Shown here: positions 10,901 through 25,440 of the stretch, in pieces
Layout of the letters: every line of letters starts with the position of its first letter
How positions within the stretch are numbered: the stretch's first letter is position 1
NCBI GenBank assembly: GCA_002633005.1
Contig: NMRA01000056.1
Span: 257,165 to 321,164 of the forward strand
DNA from: Phoronis australis
Taxonomy: Eukaryota > Animalia > Phoronida
Direction: 5' to 3'
DNA: 64,000 nt
Program-made: the position numbers and the translations under genes
The notes under the pieces: model-generated
The model's input: the letters and a program-made list of their open reading frames with translations, nothing else
Told to the model about the DNA's origin: nothing
Database searches by the model: none

Positions 10901-13900
10901 TAAAGATTCCATGCGGTTGTAGTTACCTAATTACATCGCCTCGGGCTTCTAGATAATCAGACCTGTTTTACACACACTGGGAGTGACAATAGTATTTTTA
11001 AATTTTCGTTTTGAAAGTTTTTAAACTGCATATATTTGAATAAGTCATGAGAACTACACGTGATTAGATTTTTGAATTTTGAAAATCGGACAAGAAATCT
11101 GACTTTTACAACCTAAAACTTTTGTTTAATGTTGCCATATTATGTTCCTCAATAATTCAGCTGGGTGTGCAACATAATTGGGCCAAATACCAAACTACCA
11201 GGCAGCAGTTGGATTTTGAGGTAAGCCAATTGTCATCGCACAATTCTTGTCATGCAGGAACTTGAGCCCCAGGAAGATGCGTTGTAATGAAGCAAGGTGG
11301 CCATATCTATTTGTAAAATTCACCAACCGTAAAAGTTGGTGAAGCTGCGCGTGTATTGAAGTTTTCTTAAACAATTGTGGCTCAGCTACTGAGTTGATGC
11401 AGATACATAAATTATGCAAATGAGTGTGTGATAACCAGGTACTATGATAATATGTCGTATCTTTCCAGATGACATTAAGTCTTGAGACCTGTATACATCA
11501 CTGAACTGTTGCTAAGTAACGCACATTAAAACAGAAGACCAAAGGCATGTCAAACCTGATGAGATGTCCACATTACGTTTGGAAAGTTTTCCATGATGTT
11601 AGACAAAAATCTTCAGTTTGGGAGAGAAATATTTGTGAAAAGTGACATTTTTCTATCTTTCAGTGTCTTACGGAGCAAACGGTCAAAGTCTTGCAAAATG
11701 TTGCTTTGTGACAGCTGAACAGTACTTGCAATTAAGTAAAATTAGCTTAAGAAAATTCTTTAAAGATTTGACAAAACGAAGTTCGTTTTCTCGAGCTCTG
11801 ATGCGTCCCAAGAACTGAAGAATTTGCGATATAAATTTAGGATAAACTACAACATATGCTGTCAACTGTTTTTCATGTTTTTTTTTAACTTCCCAGTTAA
11901 TGTGGTGTTAAGCTATGAATGTGAAACAAGTTTCCATCTGCTGCTTGTTCCAATCTTAACTGTTGCGTGGTGCGCATGTAACATACTGCAGGCCCAGAAA
12001 ACAATCCTGTGGACAGACCCATCAGCTTTGAGTCACAGTTGGCGGTAGTCACAGTACAGGAAAAGGTAGTTACCTGACTTAGATCACAAGTTTGCTTAAA
12101 TTTTGCAAATCGAAACGTTTCCTGTGGTAGCTGCGAGGCCTAAATGAACCAAAGTACAGCACCAGGTGCTAACGAAGGCAAAAAAGTCAGTTGATGAAAG
12201 AAGTCGATATGTTCCAGAAAAACGTCTTTTTCCTTATGCCATTTGTATGCCATTTGGAAATGACAGTATCAAGTTTTCCATTGATCCGTGTGGGGGAAGT
12301 TGAAATAAACAAAGGAGTCGTTTTGGAAGTGGCCTTTTTATTGACAGATCTCTTAATTTGGGATTGCGAATTCTTGAAAAGGACACGTGAACAGAACAGG
12401 ATGGTTATGTTAAAATCCAGGAATGTTTTGAAACAAACGAGATTGTAGAGCATTCCAGATTTCTTTGAATACTTTTTCTCGCGATAAGTGTGAGAAAAGC
12501 CAGGTTTCTGACTGATCTGTACTGTTTGGTTTATCAAGTATGTCCATTGCATTCATTTTGGGCTTGCAGCCTGATAGGCCGCATAGTGGCTTTAGAATTT
12601 TTGTACACAGTGGAATGTCATGGTGTGTCCTTCACATACATTAGGCCTTTTGAAATTGACATATAAGGAGAGTGAAAGCAGTTTTTTGTTGGACTCTGAA
12701 ACTAAAGACAACTTAACAAAGGGTTTTTGGTGCTGTGTGAGAAGATTGTTTTGTTACCCTGTATGACTTCTGAATAGCGGAGCCCGGATGTTTTAAAGTC
12801 CAGCTTGCAAGTTCTTCTCCCACCAAGTGGATCCACAGTTGTTTAAATTTGAAGTGGGTTTCCGCTACAGTATAGCTGTGATTGTTGAACTCTAAACCGA
12901 AGTGCGGGTTGTTAAAGGGTTACCACAGTCCTCTGACGCTGAGTTATTGCTGGTAATTTGTTCACTGCGCCATTTTCATTTTCACGGTCTCGGAAGCATT
13001 TGCTTGAGTCTCTGATGGTTCGGATGTTCTTGTTGGTAACAGAAATGAATCCTTATTACACGAGGGAACTGCAGACTGTTTTTATGACTGTCTACTTAAT
13101 GCTGGGGAAATACTGCTTTATAAATTATGTATAAACCTAAGTGCATAGTCATCAAAAATGTTTTTTTAGGTTAATAGACAAAATCACAACATATTCTGTT
13201 ACTGACCAGGACATGAAGCGATAATGTCATTTGACTATTGAAGTTAACCTTTCGCACTGCATCTATGCAATTAACTGAAAAATTAAAGCATGCGCCTTGG
13301 TCCGCCATTGCAAATGTGCCACTTTTTATTTTTGGAATGTTGATACTGTAACAGGTGTTGTGTACAGTGTCCACTGGATTTAGTGGTCTGCTCAGTGTTT
13401 ACATGTCTGACCCCTGAGTCGTTTCTACACCCTGATCCATGATGTCTCGCAAAAGGAACTGGAGTCCCTGCCTCCTGACATTTGGAACACAAATACTTGA
13501 ATATAAATCACTGTGTGTGATCTTAATGTCCCCAGTGGGAGCTGTGCACTTGGAATTATTTTTTTTGCTGGTTTCGCTTTATCAAGACTACATCATCGGA
13601 TTATGATCATGTGAATGTTGTTTTATCTCCCACAAGATTGGATAGCTGGCAAAGGATGAGAAATGGTAGACGGCATTGTGGGTAATAGCGTGGTAAATAC
13701 CCAGTCTGTGCTTTGTTGTAAAGTAGCCCATGGGCAAATTCAATGAGAGTTGCACTGGGTGTAATGTTTGATGTCTTACTGAAAGACATCATTAGAGTAA
13801 GTTCTCTTCCTTTTGGATTCGGGTTTTTTGTTTGTTCAGAAATAACACAGTATGTTTATTTTGATAAGACAACTTTTTATCTCTGAAGTTTCAGGCTTAG

Positions 13901-16900
13901 CTCTGGGTATATTCCTCAAATTCCAAATTTTGGGGGAAGCATTGTTTATTGACAATGATGAGCTTATGCAGAAAGGAAGGAGTCCATTTCAAAAGAAAGA
14001 TATCAAGGTGCTGTCTATAGCCCAATGTTTTATTTTCTAGACAATAGTCGCATTTACACGAGAGAGTTGTCATGGAGCAAATAGCATAGAACAGCTAATC
14101 GGCACAAGTGTGTGTGTAAACATGATTTATACAGAGCAAGTTGACACTACTGCAGCCATTTTTGACACTTGGGTTTGAAAGGTTGCACTCGATCAGTTGC
14201 TCCAGTCTCAATTGCATGTCTGGGGCAAAGCGGAAGGGCTCATCTCCGTTACAGTTATGTAAGAGTGTATATATACCAGTGATTGGCTCACATTCCACAT
14301 GGTTTGGATATTCCCAATTGTTTATGCAAGCATGCCCAGTCTTCATGTAAATGACTCATAGGGATCCTGTTTGCGATCTAAAGTGGAGCAAGTTGCGCCG
14401 TGACAACTCGCACCGTCACAACTGTAAACCCCGTATAAAAGCAGCCAATATGTCTTATATGTGATTGTCAGTTCGTAGGTCTATCTGGCTGAGTTAGCTT
14501 CACCTTTGGGTTCAGTGGCATGCTGGTTTATCATTTTGTGTACGTTGGTATAACAGACCTCGGGGTCGGGGTTGTTGATGTTCTTGGTTTCGCCGCCGAT
14601 CTCACCTTTGAATTTTTTTCAATATCGCCAAGTGTCACTCCTCAGAGCGCTTTCATTTTCATTTTATTTTCCATAAGCTTAGACCCAGTCTAGACACGCA
14701 ACCTGATTAATATGTGGTTTGGCGCTTGACCAACTCTGTCGATAATTGATACTTGATTATCTGTCTGGTTTGTTTACAATTTTTACTAGAATAACCCTAC
14801 AATCGCATCACAATGTACAGACCACTCTAGCATTTATAGATCTTTAGATACTCTTGAATGGATTCTTTGATGTTTTGCCAAGTTCTAATTACTAATGCGA
14901 TCTGCTATATTATCACTGCACTTTAAAAGCAAGTTTCTTTAATGAATGAAAGAGGATATTTAATTAGTTGATTTCGTTGAAGTCATTGATATCATAAAAT
15001 TATAAGCACATACAAAACACCTTGTTTGAAAATCTCTAAAATGCCGTGGACGCTGCTCTGAGGCTAATTTTATGCAGTTCCAGTTTCGACAAAGTGAGTT
15101 CATCTGTACCTTCTACAGCTAGGTTCACTGACGCAAACCCGATGTCTTCTAGTTTTGTCTTCTCAGTTTTGGCGTACTGTTTTAAAACCAAACTTGTGGA
15201 GAGTCGCGTGTAGTAAATGCAGTTATATTTAAGGGACACATTCAAGTTTTAGGACCGAAAATGCATTTTTAGTTTATTGGTGGATGCGATACACGTGGCG
15301 AAGTTACTGGCTTTGACCAGAGAGGTAAACCATCAAAGCCTCTTGTGTTTTTGTTGTTTGGTTATACATCGCCAATTATCGTGTGGCTGCCTGTCATTTG
15401 CTGAAGGCGAAGACAGCGACTACTTTTAAAATACTTTGCTATTTATCTAGTGAGGCTTAGCTCCAATAGCAAAACGTTGGACAGCGACTGCTAATGCTAA
15501 GGTCATGAATTTTAATCTTGTCTCATGGGGCTGACTTCAAAAAACGCTTTTCTAGTCGATTCTGCAATTTTAATAGTGTAGATCCAGTGGTTGCAACCTA
15601 AACATTGAAGGTTTATTATACAGTTTTTTCTGTTATAATGATATTTTAATGGTAATTATTCTGAGCCACGAGAAGCTTTCATGTTCGCCTATTGTGGTAA
15701 AATCAGAGTATTGTCTGATAAAATAATTGCCAACTTGGATCTTTTTTAATTTCTCATGGGCCGTAACTACTCGAGGCCTTGTCTGATGCTAAGTGTGGGA
15801 TGAAATTAAAATCTGGCGAAACATTGATTTTGTGCTGCCTGTCTTATGAAATATGGCTTGATAACATTGCTTCCATCTGCCATATTATGTCCTGAATTTG
15901 AGATTTTAGATGGTCTGTTTTGTAACTCCAGAATTTAACAAATTCATGGTTGGACTGAATCGTAGTAAACAGGTTCACCCAGAAAAGTACAGTTTCAAGA
16001 ATTACCATCGATTTTCTATTTCTGTCAAATTTTCTCTAAAGCCACATCTACGATTAAAATACTATAAATTAAAACAGTTGATTTCACCAAGTTTGAAATT
16101 CAAGAAGGTTTGCGCTGAATAAATGCCAACTGGATCTTGTCTGCAATTTCAGCATGAAAATGAAAATAATTCTTTTTATTTGACCTTTACATCGGCAACG
16201 GCAACTGTTGCTCACATAAATGTGAAATAGATCTTGCCTGGAGGTTCGAGTTGAAAAGGCTTGCTTCTGAAGTGAAATATAACAGTATGTTTGCCCTGGA
16301 TGGTAATTAGCTGCCAACTGGATCATGTGTGATTGATGCCATCTAGTGTTGCTGCTATGGGAGGTGGCTGGAACTAGCCATTCAAAATCCACTTCATTTT
16401 TATGGCGCTTTGATTACTACACTGTATAGTGCTCTTTTTACAAGATTAGTTACGATGACGCAAGTCGGCACTGTGTTTACTCGACTGTGGATTGATAATA
16501 TGTGACGATTTATAAGTTGGCGTGTCATTGCGGTTTTGTGTTGTTATGACAGCAGTTTACCATGGAAGGATGTCTTCATGATGCTTTGCTGCTAAAGCTT
16601 TGGAAGATGCGAACATGTGGTGAAGAAGGTTTGTCAAAGTTGGGCGTATTTTTATTTTTATTTCGTGACAAGACCCTTACGTGTGTGGCCCTGAATAGAG
16701 GAAAGTCACCCAGTTACCCTCCACTGTGTTGGTAGCCTGCAGTTATTTCATGTTCCCTGCTGGGGAACAGTTGTATGTTGGTAATGATCTCTGCCTTCAT
16801 CTTTAACTTTCAGGTCATCAACCTGGTTAGTAAACAAGGCCATGTTCTCCAAACTTATCATGCATACAGGTAACAGCACCTGTACTCTTGGATAAAACAA

Positions 16901-17529
16901 AATGTTGAAAAATAAGTTAATGCTTATGTTGAAAACCCCTGTGTCTAAAGATAGTTGCATGACATTCTGTACGACAGGTGCAGGACTTATTTGATTGGTC
17001 TAATTGCAGTGGTGGTCTTTGAGGTTTTCTTGTCTGTGCATTGGTCGATTTTTATTGAATACATCACCTTGCCTGCCGGTGAGACCGAACTCTTGTTGGC
17101 ATCAAATTTATTTAATTTTCAACATACCAAAGTTTGTTTTTTCCCTAAGCTTGGGATCAGTTTCATGAAAAGTGAATTGCGACATAAGTCAGGATATTGG
17201 TAAGACCCCTGGTGTTTCAATTTTATCTTGACAGGTTGTATGTTATCTACGATGACCACCTAGGTAATTATGTTGAAAATCTGATTCTTAAAATCTACAT
17301 TTTTGTTGGTAATTATCTGTTAATGAATAATACATTGATTTAGCATTCCAAATTTTACATCATTTAATGCACCTGGGACAGGATGACGTTCATAGCTTAA
17401 AAATGTGGCCAGGGCGAGGGCCTAATATCTGTGCTTGCAATAATGGACCCGAAAACTGACCAATTGTATGGTGTACTTCGAGTAACGTTACAAATGCAGT
17501 TGAATAACGCGGCATGTTAAGACATACGC

Positions 17530-17718
17530 AGGCCGCTCAGGTGAGCCCATTGCAGTGATCATCTGGTATCATTTTTATGCTTTATTAGGTAGTTAAAACA
17601 GAGCTGAGGAGTGAGAGACCTGACTCAAGGGTCCAGCATTGTGCCCTTATGGGACTTGAACTCCCGACCATCAGCAAAGGAAGTGAACACTTATCCCACA
17701 AGGCCACACTGTCTCCCC
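17530..17718 (-). mobile_element. tRNA-derived SINE
   Basis: The minus strand begins GGGGAGACAGTGTGGCCTTGTGG (A box) … GGGAGTTCAAGTCCC (B box), followed by a CCCTTGAGTCAGG body typical of tRNA-SINEs. The 3' end is approximate. Confidence 0.7.
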
Positions 17719-18277
17719 ATGATTGGTTAAGTTTCGTGTCTGAGTTTGTGGAGCTCAGACCCTGGGCCCAAATTTGCCTCCTAAAACTCTTATTTTAGTT
17801 GAAATTAGCTGTTAGATTTGACCCAATTTGTTATATATGGGGCTTTAAACAGATTTAATGGTTTCTATGGGACTGTAAAAATTCTGTGGCCTTTGGGACA
17901 GTCACTAGCATTTGAGACACCGAAATTCAAGATGATTCTGACGGTTGGGTCTTGGTGTTAATAGATTTCAAACATTGGACTTTGTGTATAATATCATTTT
18001 GCACAAATTTCTGTAGGAATCAGTGCATTTTTACTGCAGGTATATTAGAACATTAACAGCCTTAGGCTCCAATTCCAAGACTGTGATCTATTTTTGCAGT
18101 CACTGAGGGAGGCTTGATTAGCATAAACAGTGGTAAACATCTCAGTCCTGCAAGAGCTTTGAGCCTAAAATTCTAGCAAGTAACTTGCAGAGTGTTTTTC
18201 TGCTTAAAAAGTTAACACAGCTGGGTCTAACATTTTTGGAAACGGGTGAACTGTTTACTGAAATAACAGCAACTTTA

Positions 18278-18800
18278 AGGGGCATCTCAAAGACTTTGTC
18301 GCTTTCCCCGACCAACACCGCAACCCCTTGTTTTGCAAAATTCCACGATCTTGTATTTTAAAGCACTCCCAGACATAAATAACCAACACAACATTAAAAT
18401 GTGGAGTTGTGCAACTCTGCTACAGAGGGAAACTGTGAACTGCACTTCGGTTGGTGTAATCGCTAAAGGTCACAACATTAATCACCCGAGTCTCGATGAA
18501 CATATCGTTGCCCACGTGCTCTCAATAGTCACTCCTAAAGAAACAAGCCAATAGAAATTTGACGGGGAATAACACTGATTAGTGTGCGTTATTTATCCTA
18601 AAATGGCAGGAGATGGTTATTAATCTCGAATTCATTAGTTTGAGAGTATAATTAAAATACGCCACCTAGTGTTCAAATCAGACAACTCTGATGTCGCCAG
18701 TCAGTAGGAAAGGCCAATGGAGTAGCAGATAGACTGAAGTTACTCACTGCACTGTTGGCGGGGAAAACGACATTTGACTTTGGTTTTGAGATCTCCATAT
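18278..18800. mobile_element. Degenerate MITE
   Basis: Left atctcaaa…tgtcgctttccccgaccaaca versus right reverse complement atctcaaa…tgtcgttttccccgccaaca. Confidence 0.55.
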
Positions 18801-19606
18801 AGAATAGAGAGGTTGAAAAGGGAGTGGAATGGTGTCAGGATTTTCAGAATGCAATGGGTCAGGGGCTTTAACTGTAGAAAAGGTTGTCATGTTAGCAGAG
18901 TTTAAAAAGGTACTTGGCAGTTAGGTCAAAGAATCATCAATAATAGTCGTCAACGTGTTTTCACGCATCCATGTCTGGTATAGTATAGTGTAACATTGAG
19001 GTGAGGGATAACTTGTGGTAGATTTTAATTCTTGAATTTGAGATGGTCATTAGTGCAATTTGGTGCAAGCTTGGCCTTGAGCAAAATGATTATTTTTTCA
19101 AAGTCCCAAACTGGAAAATTTTTACAGTAGTTGAAATTCTAAATGAGTATTTTTGCTGGAAATAACGTTTTTCAATTTGCAGCTGGATCATTAAGTTATG
19201 ACTACGTGAGTCCAAGCATGCTTATTGCTCTCTGTGTTTTTGCAAAGTAGGCTATGTAGTTTTCCTGTTTTATCAGATTAATATCTGGAAATAAACGGAT
19301 GCGTGGACCAAGACTTGTAATAAAACGCTTCGCTCAGTGGTTTCATTATTAGCGACAATGGAGTATAAAGCACTAAAAATCTGGAACTACCTGCTGTGTT
19401 AATGTCCTTCAATCAAGCGCACCGTTCTTAATAAAAAAATCCTGTAATATACATTAAACTGACATGGATGGACTGCTTTGAGCTCTGAAAAAAAATTATG
19501 CTATTTCTGGATTGTTTAAGTTGCTGTTGCTACTACCTGATAAGGGCTTGATTGGCAGTTCTTATTGCAGCTTTGCCTCAAAGGTAAAATGTTTCCACCA
19601 AGTGCG

Positions 19607-19740
19607 GGGTAGAGTTCAGTAGGTGTCTCACACGGCAATTTCTCACGTAATTCCCCAAAGTCTTGCTTTTTAGTGAGGTCCTAGCTTTAAGGTCCTAGTG
19701 TAGGTCCTAGCGTAGGTCCTAGCGTTACTAAACTCTACCC
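19607..19740. mobile_element. Small MITE with internal GGTCCTAG repeats (family copy 1)
   Basis: TIR GGGTAGAGTT(C/T)AGTA and four AGGTCCTAG units. Shares CACGGCAAT.TCTCACGTAAT…AAGTCTTGCTTTTTAG with 35208-35354. Confidence 0.8.
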
Positions 19741-21496
19741 TGAACTAGTAGCACGACTAGTGATAAACGGATGTTTTGTTCCTGCTCTAATGTTGTGGTT
19801 TACGGTAAAGTTTCTCCAGTTTGGACAGTCTCTGAATTTTGGGACACCGAAATTCAACCCGAAATTTGAATTTTCTTGAGTCTGGAGACTGACATGGGCA
19901 ATTTTGGTTCTTATCAAATTTCCCCGACATCAGACACTGTTTTATATCAACAGAGTTTGACAATAGTCTGTGCAGTTCTTAAAATCGTTGAAAAATAGTT
20001 GGCAATGCATTATTTTCATGCGTCCCCATGATTTATAATGATTGTGAATAACCGTTTGTCGATGATCTTAATTCTTGAATTGTTGATGGTCAATGTTGCT
20101 ATTTCTAAAGTTTGTTACACGCTCAAGGCTTGAGCGTAATACATTTTTTTCACTGTCACAAACTGAAGAATTTTTACTGTATGGCACATATGCTCTTGGA
20201 ACGTGTGCACGAGAAAGCGCTTCGGGGTGCTATGTTCTCCATCATGAAGCCAAACCCAGATGCAGGTATGCTGCCTGGGCACTGACTGCTGATTGAAGCA
20301 AATGTACCCCTGGGGTTACATTCAGTTGGCTGGAGGCAATTTGCCACCCAGACAAAACACATGGATGTGTACTATGTAACTACCATAATATATTTTCAAT
20401 TACAGTTCATAGTTATCAGCAGGTAGTTTGTAATTCCAGATGTCTGTAAGTGTGGAAATCTAAAGTTGTAAAGAATGCAGGACTTGCAAATTTTAAGTCT
20501 TACTAGGACCCAATCAGTGTATGATATTGATTACTTAGTAATATTGTGCACAAATACCTGGGAATACTCATGCCAGTATGATTCTTTTAAGCCAATGTCT
20601 GTGAGTTGATTCAGGTTTGTGGCCGTAGTCAACTTCTAATATATTTGATTATTCAGCAATGTATTTTGAGCTGCGTTGACATTTCGATTATTGAGAAATA
20701 ATTGTTAACAAATAACTAAACCTTGAATTCCTATTAAAATAATTGCTAGCAGGTGTTTGTAGTGTTGAGTCAAAGTGTCCTTACTGAGTTGACAACTAGC
20801 TCCTGTTAGCAGAACTTGAGCCAACCTGAGTGCAGACCCAATAACTGTTTTGTTTAGTAACCAGACTTCAGTCTTGTTCCTTATGCTACTTTTTGATGAG
20901 GTCATTCTTGAGTTACTGGATTTTGCTTGTAGGCAAAGATTAATCTTTAGCAGTTATTAGAACTTTAAATCGTGAAACCATGATGATGTATCGGTTTAAC
21001 TTGACGCCAGTGACAGTATGCAAGTTGGGGGTAAACAATTACGGTGTTATCGAATACAGGTTAAGCTGATTAATACAGCATTCATATGTTGTCTGATCAG
21101 ATGGCAGATTGGGATTCCAGCCGGGGTTTGTCCAGGATTTCTAAAATAGGGCATCCAAAATGGATTTCCCAATTTTTCCAGGCAAGTTCCATGCATGACC
21201 AATAATGTGTGACAGGGTTTTTATGATCCCAAGTCAAATTGCTGTTATAGTGTGGTGTGTTATTGTGGAGACCAGGTTCTGCACTAAATTTTTTGTAACT
21301 AGTGCATTATTTCTAAATCACCTTTTTTATTCTTGACTGACGAATGAGCTCCCAGAGCTACTGCCAGCAAGTAAAAAAAGTCACCAGTGCTTACTTGCTT
21401 ATTTTACTGGGGTGTCTAAATGCCGAACATTAGGGGCCCTAACAAGTATTAGGCAAATCTTACGGTAACAGGATTTGCACGCAAGTGGACGAGAAA

Positions 21497-21573
21497 ATGA
21501 GCTCTGTTTACCCTAGAGTATCCAGCGAATTCCTCGGCACATCAAAGGCTTGGTGGTGCTGTCATGAATTGAA
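21497..21573 (+). CDS. Candidate alternative first exon
   Basis: aaaATG, 25 codons MSSVYPRVSSEFLGTSKAWWCCHEL, donor GAA|GTGAGC in phase 2, in a locally CpG-containing region. Confidence 0.22.
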
Positions 21574-23782
21574 GTGAGCTAGTCGCTCGAGATTGTGCTC
21601 GTAAACCAAAGCCAAAGTGTTAACCAAAGCGTCTGTTTAATGTAGGAATTTCAAACAAACTAGTAGTAAGGTAAACGATCAACATAACTGTTTTTGAAAT
21701 TAAAAAGTAAATAGCATCCGTCTTTGAATTTTTAAAATCGATGCATTATAAGAGAAATTAGCAAATAGGTTTTCTTAGCATTGCAGCTAAGCCACGAGTA
21801 CTAATTTGTGAAATGGATTAGGACGGGTTAGTCATAGTCTGGCTTAGGCTCGCTTAGGCATTGGAGTAACAAATTTTAGCACAGGAATTGTTTTTTGAGG
21901 ACCTGGGGTCAAGTCTGCCATCTGAACAATGCTGAGTTCAATTGATGGCCGAAGCTGCTTTCTTATCTAGAGGACCCCAAATTGTTATTATTTCTTTGTA
22001 TGTTCTGTGTATCCTTCAATAAATATATATCACAGTGAAAAAAAAAACCCAAATTGGAGTACAAATCTGCTTGATCTTACTTTGAGAAGCCTTAACGTTC
22101 CGATGGTGTGATTTGTGTTTGGGTATTGTCCCCATGGTGAATCATTGTAATTATTCCTAACATGGCAGATAGCATGCCTTTGTGGATACTCAGGAGCTGA
22201 TCTTTTGTTCTGGCATCTCGTTTGCCTTGTAAAAAACTCCTCTGATTTTGGTACTTAAGAAATATGTGTCAACTATTTGCAAATTATCCTTTGCCGCATA
22301 ACATATTTTTAAATCTTTTTGTTGACAATTTGAGTCTGATGCGGAAGTACCAATTGAACAAAATTTTTCTTAGCGTTCTGTGTCCCTTTTGTCACAGACA
22401 CCAATAGTGGCCAGGAATGCATACCAGGAAGTCTAGGTTGACCTGCTTAGCACATGATGTGGCAGAGAAGTGGCATTTTACTGTGTCGAATTTCTAAACA
22501 AAACCTGTCCTTTTGGGCTTCAGTGTGTAACTAATCCCCATAGTGGCATAGGATTTTGCAGATGGTTATAAATCATGTGTGTCTTCACACAAAATATGTC
22601 TTATGAAACTGATATGCAATGTCAATGAAAGCAGTTCTTTGTGAACCCTGCCCATACAACTAAGAGTTGGACTGTGTACAACTAAATATAGCTTAACAAA
22701 AGGTTTATAGGCCTGGACAAGAAGATAATTATTTTATTAGACCCTGTGTGTTCTGAATATTGGAGCCCTAGAATGATAATGATTTGCCTCTTGTTCTGGA
22801 TTTCCGACCCAAGTGACGATGGCAGTGGTTCGTAAGAACTAGCTGACCGTTGCTTGTCTGGTTGGAATTGTCTAGACGACTGCAAGTCAACCGGTTGCCG
22901 ACATTGCCATCCATTCGGACAAAAATTTGCGACCTGTTCTGGAGCTATATTAATGACTCCTGTAATCAGACATACTGACTGCAGTGTCTGTTTTTGCAAT
23001 GACTAAATAAAAAAACATATTTGTGACGTATTGTTGGGCAACTATGGGTTAGTACTTGGCTTCTTTTAATGGAACATCAATAATCTCCAAGGTTTTTTCT
23101 CTCTTATCACGTTACAGCTGATAACATTGGATCCATTAACCGGGCCAGGCAAATGCAGAAACTATTTTGAGGACATTAAGACTGGGTCTATTTAAAACAG
23201 CTTTCTTTTGAATTGAAACCAGGTTTCGTTGACTGCGTTAAGGCAGTCGGGCCACCATGTTTTCTCTAGGAGTGAATGATTTTTCCATTGGTTGTGGTGA
23301 GTTGTATTTAAAATGCAATATTTGACCTTTTAAACACAAGTCTCAGTTCTACTGTTGAAACGTTTGCTAGTAGTTTTAGTGTTAATGATATACTGAATGG
23401 TGTTGTGGGGAACTCTCCGACTTGATTTTAAATGGAGTTGTTTGGATTTACAGAAATTGCCAATTGTTATGTAGCCATGATTTAAAGTGGTTAACTTGAA
23501 CTGGTAATTTTGCGTTCACACGTAGACTTGGCACTTCATCTTTTGGATATTTTCGTTCCATACTAGTTCACACAAATACTAAAATAGAAGATCGGTTTCT
23601 GTTCTTAACTTAATGAACTGTAATATGTGGTTTGGCGGCATTGCTGGAGTCTTGTTTAATCATGTATAAAGTTGTTTACCAGCTGAGCAACCTTTTGTAA
23701 AATTTATGTTTAGTAACCAGTCTTGATAACTGCAATCATCCAATTGGCTGACAGTGTATAGAATTTCTAAAAGCAACCAGTC

Positions 23783-23935
23783 GCCCTTCACACCAAAGCG
23801 GTTTTAACTTTTAAAATCGATTTAAAGTTATAATTCTCTGTCCGAAATTTTAAAACCGGTTTTAAAAGTTGTAACTGTAGCAGGGTTGTAACTGTGACGA
23901 TGGTTTAACTGTTGTAACTCGGTGTGAACATGGCA
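23783..23935. mobile_element. MITE remnant with palindromic core
   Basis: TTCACACC … GGTGTGAA inverted ends, a perfect 20-bp palindrome TTTTAAAACCGGTTTTAAAA at 23848-23867, and GTTGTAACT repeats. Confidence 0.5.
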
Positions 23936-25211
23936 ATTGCGAAGTCACATGGTGGCGCTACCGTCAAATCCCTTTGAATGGTGCACTGAGGCATTAACTG
24001 GGATAGATAGCTGATTTTTGAAATAGCCGCGCCAACTCAGAATTGACCAATTGCATCACACGCTTCTTCGAATGAGCACACAAATTGGTACTCAAATCAG
24101 TTACTATGACATTGTATAAGTTTCCAGTAGAGCCCGAGTTCAGTAGGCCCTCAGGAGTCTGGGTCATGTCATACCATTACACCAACCATAAACTGTAGTG
24201 TGTTGGTCATATTATATGTGTATGTAGTTGCAGTTGATTTTTTTGTTTCAATATCAAGAAGTCCACCTGCTGTAAGACTGTCTGCCATAATCATCCAATA
24301 GTCTTGTTGTTGAAAATAGGCCAATCACACAGCAATCCTTGTGAATCATTCAGACAACAAGTAAATCCCCGAGGACTCAAATGGGATTATTAAGCAAGTG
24401 ATATGAACAATATTTCCCAATAAACCAGTCATCAGTATTCGATCAATAAATTTTGCCATGTAAGTAAAGAGAAGCTTTCTCTGCGCTTGATTGCGGAATA
24501 CAGATTGTTTTTTCAAGGAATTCTTTCTAAGATATCTGAAAAATATTTTTGACAAAGAGTATGATAATTCTCTACTTATTTCACTCGGAAAAGTTGTCAA
24601 ATTTTTTTTAAAGTTTAATACTTTTCTGCAAATAATGGACAATTTACCAAAAGTTGTTTTATGACATCAACACAATGAAAACCGTGGCTAGTAAACCGAC
24701 TATTTCAGTTTTTTTTTATTTTTTAAAGACATTTGACAAAATAGAATTTCACTTGTCAGCCATTATGTGTGCTAATTTTTGTTTCACTCACCTCATTTCG
24801 GACATCCCAAATTATTTGTAAAAATAATATTTGACCCTTCACATATTTCCCGCAATGTTATACTTGGTGGGAATTCCTTGTGTCACCTAACTCGCACGCT
24901 TTCAGTTTTGCAGTTCGGAAAACATCATCATCGCAAAGCCCCGTCATTAATTCTAGTATTACACACCTCTTTAACCGTGTTAATAATGTGAGAATATTGC
25001 TTATTGACCTCTTAATTATCATGCCGTTGTAAACATGAGGTGAACAGGGTGTGGGTGAGCGTCACGTCGCGTAATTAAGTCATATGCGCAATGTTTCACC
25101 AAGGATAAGTGCTGACCTGTATTGGGAAAAGCATGAAGTAATTGTTCATTTGGTCACATTGGCAACTTGCAGGTCACATCTCCTTACGTTTTGCACACCG
25201 TTCAACTACAA

Positions 25212-25440
25212 AAGTGCCATCTACACACAGAACGAGTTATTCCTGGAACGAGTTGTCGTTAGGTTTGGAGGCTGTGTAAACCCTATTTGAACGAGTGCAA
25301 CTTTATACCCACTTGTGACAATTTATCGAGGTGGGGTAACTTATTCTAGGGTAACTTGGGCTATTATCTGCTGCCCTTACTGGTTTTGTTTTGCACCTTG
25401 TACTGTGTAGCTATTCACTGTCGTGCACAGAGCGACAACC
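25212..25440 (+). mobile_element. Harbinger-like MITE family copy (partner 48651-49025)
   Basis: Shared CGAGTTGTCG.TAGGTTTGG.GGCTGT, CCCACTTGTGACAA, TGGGGTAACTT.TTCTAGGGTAAC and CACAGAGCGACAAC in the same order. Confidence 0.8.

Noticed and set aside
12191-12448. 85-aa ORF in a purine-rich, exon-like stretch
   Set aside because: It ends in a stop with no phase-compatible donor found and no homology recognised. It could be UTR but this is unsupported.
14434-14473. TATAAAA plus TCAGTT core promoter
   Set aside because: Spacing of ~36 bp is too long, and the TATA lies at the end of a MITE-like remnant.
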